From the NCBI GenBank assembly GCA_964431835.1, contig CAYSKO010000008.1, positions 26,622 through 90,621 of the forward strand: DNA of 64,000 nucleotides, in the 5' to 3' direction. The translations under genes and the position numbers were made by a program. Positions within the stretch are counted from its first letter, which is position 1, and every line of letters starts with the position of its first letter. The notes beneath the pieces are model-generated. The model searched no databases, was not told the origin of the DNA, and saw only the letters and a list, made by a program, of their open reading frames with translations. Shown piece by piece: positions 60,598-64,000 of this stretch. Origin of the DNA: an uncultured Planctomycetia bacterium (GTDB taxonomy: Bacteria; Omnitrophota; Gorgyraeia; 2-02-FULL-51-18).

Positions 60598-60640
60598 AAT
60601 TCAGACTGAATTTGAATTCGACCGGTTCATAGGGTATAAT
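60598..60640 (+). promoter_or_regulatory. Promoter TTGAAT-N17-TATAAT with an overlapping perfect palindrome AATTCAGACTGAATT (candidate operator).
   Basis: Palindrome at 60598-60612 (7-bp arms). -35 TTGAAT at 60612-60617. -10 TATAAT at 60635-60640. GTG at 60664 preceded by GGAGAAA. Confidence 0.5.
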
Positions 60641-60663
60641 ATGTCAAAACAAGGAGAAATCCG

Positions 60664-60951
60664 GTGCCTATCACCGCTAAGCGCAAGTCCGGTCGCATAA
60701 CGAACTACATGGAAGAGCTCACGCAAGACGTCCTCAAGAGCCTGCTTCCGGAGTACAAGGCCGCCCGCTTCAGCGAAGAGGCGATCCAGGATATCAAAGC
60801 GCTCGCGTTGAACCGCCTCTGGCCGATGTATACGACCTCCACTTCGGGTAAGGATTTCCTGAAGAAGGCCGTCGAAGAGGACAGTGTCGAAAAAGACGTC
60901 GTCCGGGAACTCCGCGCCGCTATCGATATCGTCAAGTCGAACCCGCGCTAA
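60664..60951 (+). CDS. ComFB-like protein (late competence development protein family).
   Basis: 95 aa. NYMEELTQDVL ... ALNRLWPMY follows the ComFB-family pattern; the cysteines seen in some family members are absent. Confidence 0.4.
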   Translation: MPITAKRKSGRITNYMEELTQDVLKSLLPEYKAARFSEEAIQDIKALALNRLWPMYTTSTSGKDFLKKAVEEDSVEKDVVRELRAAIDIVKSNPR

Positions 60952-60967
60952 AGCTTCGTTTTTTCAA

Positions 60968-61002
60968 AGCCCCGCTCCCACCCGGAGCGGGGCTTTTCTT
61001 TT
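60968..61002 (+). terminator. Strong rho-independent terminator.
   Basis: 11-bp stem AGCCCCGCTCC (60968-60978) pairing with GGAGCGGGGCT (60984-60994) around a 5-nt loop, followed by TTTTCTTTT. Confidence 0.75.
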
Positions 61003-61046
61003 GCCTCTCCGGCGCATGTGTTATGATGACCGCAGGGACCTCTCGC

Positions 61047-64000
61047 ATGCCTTCACTCGAACTCCTCGTCTCACCGCCGGGAACCGGCAAAACGGCTCGC
61101 TGCATCGAACTTTTCAAGCAGCGGATCCTGAATACCCGCGCCGGAATCGGCAGCCGCTCCTACTTCGTCCTTCCCAGCCGCGAACACGCCGACCGCATTC
61201 AAAATCTGATCCTCCGCCGCGACGTGCCGGGGCTATTCAACGCCCATATCCTGACGATTCAGGACCTCGCGGACCGTTTCCTCGAAGGCGGAGGCCGCCC
61301 GGCCGATTCGGTACGCCGAGCGGCGGCGGCGGGCGCTCTCGACGCGCGCGACGCCTCCGGCGAGTCCGTCTACGGTTATTTCCGGGACTCGCTCGAACTC
61401 GGAGGGTTCCGCGAGCTCGCTCTCGAGGTGGTCCGTGAATTCAAGGCGGGCCTCCTTTCGACCGCCGATTTCGAGCGGCGCGCCCAGCCGCTTCTCAAGG
61501 ACCCGGTTTTCCGTTCAAAGTTCCGTGATTTTTCGATCCTTCTCAAGCGCTACGACGCCGCGCTGGAAGCGCTCGGAGTCGTCGAGGCCGACGACGAGAT
61601 CGCGCGGCTTGAGATGCTCGACGGGCGGCCGGGACGCCCCGATCTCGTTATTTTCGACGGTTTCTATCATTTCACGCGCGCCCAAGCCAAACTTCTTGTC
61701 CTCCTCTCCCGATGGGCCGATCATACAGTCGTCACACTCACGCTCGATCCCGCGCATTCCGCCGGCGAGGCGCTCTTCGGGTACCCGGAACGCACGCGCC
61801 GATTCTTGCGCGCCGCTGGTTTTCGCGAAAGCGCGCCTTCCGATGAAAATCACCGCGCCGCACACCCGGCGCTCAAGCACCTGGCAGCTCATCTTTTCGC
61901 GGCCTCCCCGCCGAAATTCGAAGGGGAGTCGCCCGCCGCGGTGTTTTCGGCGCCGTCGCGCCGCGCGGAGTACGAAATGATCGCGCGCGAGATCCGGAAG
62001 CTGTACCGCGAGGGTCCGTACCATTTCAGTGACGTCTGCCTTATCCTCCGGGGCGTCAGCGGACAGCGCGCGCTGATCGAGTCCACTTTCGCCGAATTCG
62101 CCGTTCCGGTGGCCATCCACGAGCGCAACCGCCTCGTGGAAAGTGGTCTCGCGGGCGCGCTCCACAGGCTCCTGCGGCTAGCCGTGGACGATTGGCGTCG
62201 CGACGACGTGCTTTATCTCGCCAAATCAAGTTACTTCCGCGATCGGCTCGCGCTCGCGGACGCTCTCGAGATCGAGCGCGCCGCTCTTCGCGAAGGCCTG
62301 CGCGAGGGCCGCGCCGCTTGGGAGACTCTCGCGGCCAACGCCGCTCTTTCGGCTCCGGCACGCGCGTTCCTTTCGTTCCTCCTCGAGACGGAGGCGCGCC
62401 TACTTTCCGCGCCGCGCGTCCACGCGTTCGCGGCGGTCGTGCGTGCTTATCTCGAGCCGCTCGCTGCGGCGTCCGGCGACGCCATCGACGCCGCGGCCGC
62501 GCGCGCGATCGCCTCCATGCTTGCGGCGGCGCGCCGGCGGTACGGGTCGGATGCGCCCTTCGACGCCTCCCGTTACGCGCGCGAGCTTCTCGGCGACGTC
62601 GAGGACGGTCTCTTCTCCACGAAAGCCCGGGGAAGGAACCGCGTGCAGGTGTACGACGTCGTCATGGCTCTGCCGAAGGAGTACAAGGTCGTTTTCGTCT
62701 GCGATCTTCTCGAGAAAACGTTCCCGCAGCCCGTCACCGAGGATCCTCTGTTCAAGGACGCGGAACGCAGCGTCCTGAACGGCGATGATCCCGCTCTTGA
62801 GGAGCGCCGTTTCCGTCTCACGGGCGAGCGGTATTTTTTCTACATGGCGGTGACGCGCGCCCGCGAACGGCTTTACCTCACGCATTCGACGCACGACGCG
62901 GACGGCAAACCGTCGCTGCGGTCTTTCTTCGTCGACGAAGCACTCGCGTGTTTCGGCGAGCACGCGGTCGAGCGGCGTTCGCGCGATCTCTCCCGCTTCC
63001 TGCCGCGGCCCGACGAATGGGAATCGGAGACCGACGTCGCTCGCGGCGTGGCCGCCTTGCGCGGCGCCCCGGCGGGGGACGCGTTCGCCCGCGAAGTGCT
63101 CGCGGCATGGGATCCGCCGGAGATGCTCGCGCGCGGTCTTTCGCGTACCGCGCTCCAGGCGGGCTTCCGGGATCCGCGCGTGCTCAAAGCGGTCGCGTCG
63201 CTCGAGCGGCCGTTCAGCGCCTCGACGCTCGAGGCGTTCCTCACGTGTCCGTTCCGTCATTACGCGGAGCACTTGCTCGGCCTTAATCGCTCGATCGAGG
63301 GCCACGAAGAAGCCGAGATGGGCACGCTCCTTCACGAGGTGTTGTACGAGTACTTCGTCGCGGTTCCTGAGGCCGACCGCATATCCGGCGCCTATTTCAA
63401 GGACGCCGCGAAAATGGAAGCGGATCTCGAGGCGATATTCGACCGAAAGTTCGAGGAGGGTCCGTTCCGTGGCCAGCCCGCTTATCGCCGCGCCGCATGG
63501 CGGGAATCGATGCGCGCGATGCTCAAACGTTACGTCCGTCTTGAAGGAGAGCTCGCGGGTTCCGGCGTGCCGTCGCATTTCGAATGGGAGTTCGGAAAGA
63601 ACAAGAAGGAGGGCCTGCGGATACCGGCCGCAGAAGGGGATATTCTCCTCAAAGGCACGGTAGACCGCGTCGACGTCGATCCGGCCACCGGCCGGGCGGT
63701 CGTCATCGACTACAAGAAGTCGTCGCGCAACCTGCGCGAGAAATTGAAGAAAGGTCATGAGATCCAACTGCCGATTTATCTTTTGGCGGTGCGGAGCCTG
63801 TTGGGGCTCGAGCCGGCCGGATTCGAGCACCGAGTGCTCAAGACCGGACGGCGCGAGGACGCCGGGCTTTCGGACGAGGACATGGAAAACCTGCTCGCGG
63901 AAACCGAAGACAGGGTCCGCCAGGCCGTGCGCCGGATCCGCGCCGGGGAAATCACCGTTGAATCGCGCGACTGCAAGTTTTGCGAGTTCGACGCCGTGTG
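61047..64000 (+). CDS. AddB/RexB-like helicase-nuclease subunit (PD-(D/E)XK nuclease with an Fe-S cluster); 3'-truncated by the window edge.
   Basis: Own translation of frame 0 from ATG 61047 is open to the window end. N-terminus LELLVSPPGTGKTARCIELF (Walker-A-like). ERYFFYMAVTRARERLYLT. Nuclease motifs LTCPFRHY, DRVDVDP...VIDYKKSS, QLPIYLLA. Terminal CKFCEF cysteines. Confidence 0.7.
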   Translation, partial: MPSLELLVSPPGTGKTARCIELFKQRILNTRAGIGSRSYFVLPSREHADRIQNLILRRDVPGLFNAHILTIQDLADRFLEGGGRPADSVRRAAAAGALDARDASGESVYGYFRDSLELGGFRELALEVVREFKAGLLSTADFERRAQPLLKDPVFRSKFRDFSILLKRYDAALEALGVVEADDEIARLEMLDGRPGRPDLVIFDGFYHFTRAQAKLLVLLSRWADHTVVTLTLDPAHSAGEALFGYPERTRRFLRAAGFRESAPSDENHRAAHPALKHLAAHLFAASPPKFEGESPAAVFSAPSRRAEYEMIAREIRKLYREGPYHFSDVCLILRGVSGQRALIESTFAEFAVPVAIHERNRLVESGLAGALHRLLRLAVDDWRRDDVLYLAKSSYFRDRLALADALEIERAALREGLREGRAAWETLAANAALSAPARAFLSFLLETEARLLSAPRVHAFAAVVRAYLEPLAAASGDAIDAAAARAIASMLAAARRRYGSDAPFDASRYARELLGDVEDGLFSTKARGRNRVQVYDVVMALPKEYKVVFVCDLLEKTFPQPVTEDPLFKDAERSVLNGDDPALEERRFRLTGERYFFYMAVTRARERLYLTHSTHDADGKPSLRSFFVDEALACFGEHAVERRSRDLSRFLPRPDEWESETDVARGVAALRGAPAGDAFAREVLAAWDPPEMLARGLSRTALQAGFRDPRVLKAVASLERPFSASTLEAFLTCPFRHYAEHLLGLNRSIEGHEEAEMGTLLHEVLYEYFVAVPEADRISGAYFKDAAKMEADLEAIFDRKFEEGPFRGQPAYRRAAWRESMRAMLKRYVRLEGELAGSGVPSHFEWEFGKNKKEGLRIPAAEGDILLKGTVDRVDVDPATGRAVVIDYKKSSRNLREKLKKGHEIQLPIYLLAVRSLLGLEPAGFEHRVLKTGRREDAGLSDEDMENLLAETEDRVRQAVRRIRAGEITVESRDCKFCEFDAV

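Noticed and set aside
1-64000. CRISPR arrays, rRNA/tRNA genes, integrase or transposase genes.
   Set aside because: None seen on either strand. The only multi-copy elements are the 720-bp gene-internal repeat, the BamE-like coding repeats and short intergenic repeats.

Overview
This is a high-GC (~65%) bacterial chromosomal segment with Gram-negative hallmarks (OmpA/LysM protein, MlaEFD, BamE-like repeats, outer-membrane barrel ending in Phe). The first 29.5 kb holds two tandem, same-strand giant genes. Gene A (8-9457) is cut at the window's left edge and encodes more than 3149 aa. Gene B (9583-29487) encodes 6634 aa with an N-terminal signal peptide. Both read as concatenations of enzyme-like modules: a eukaryotic-like protein kinase, APH-like, UbiB-like and PI3/4K- or HipA-like kinases, a JAMM/JAB metalloprotease motif, HExxH Zn-peptidase motifs, an SAM-methyltransferase-like motif, degenerate GGDEF-like segments and a beta-propeller. 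The modules are separated by a recurring G-A-R-M-A peptide motif. The two proteins end in a 720-bp module that is 100% identical at the nucleotide level, and a very AT-rich island between them carries a near-consensus sigma70 promoter. The remaining 34 kb is mostly housekeeping and envelope genes: acnA, a deoxyhypusine-synthase-like gene, an RluA-family pseudouridine synthase, a LOG-family protein, OmpA/LysM, BI-1, an APC/Kup-like transporter fused to Usp, gpmA, pabB/pabC-like genes, purH, a DnaJ-TM-BamE-repeat protein, folC, mnmE, a DUF212 gene, accA and an AddB-like nuclease cut at the right edge. Embedded in it is a signalling cluster: an RsbW-like kinase and a STAS protein directly upstream of mlaEFD, then a FecR-domain protein, an outer-membrane protein, a CHASE2-PP2C phosphatase, a REC-GGDEF-EAL protein and a ComFB-like gene with a palindromic operator. 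TTG/GTG starts and ATGA-type start/stop overlaps are frequent. I found no tRNA, rRNA, CRISPR array or transposase/integrase gene.
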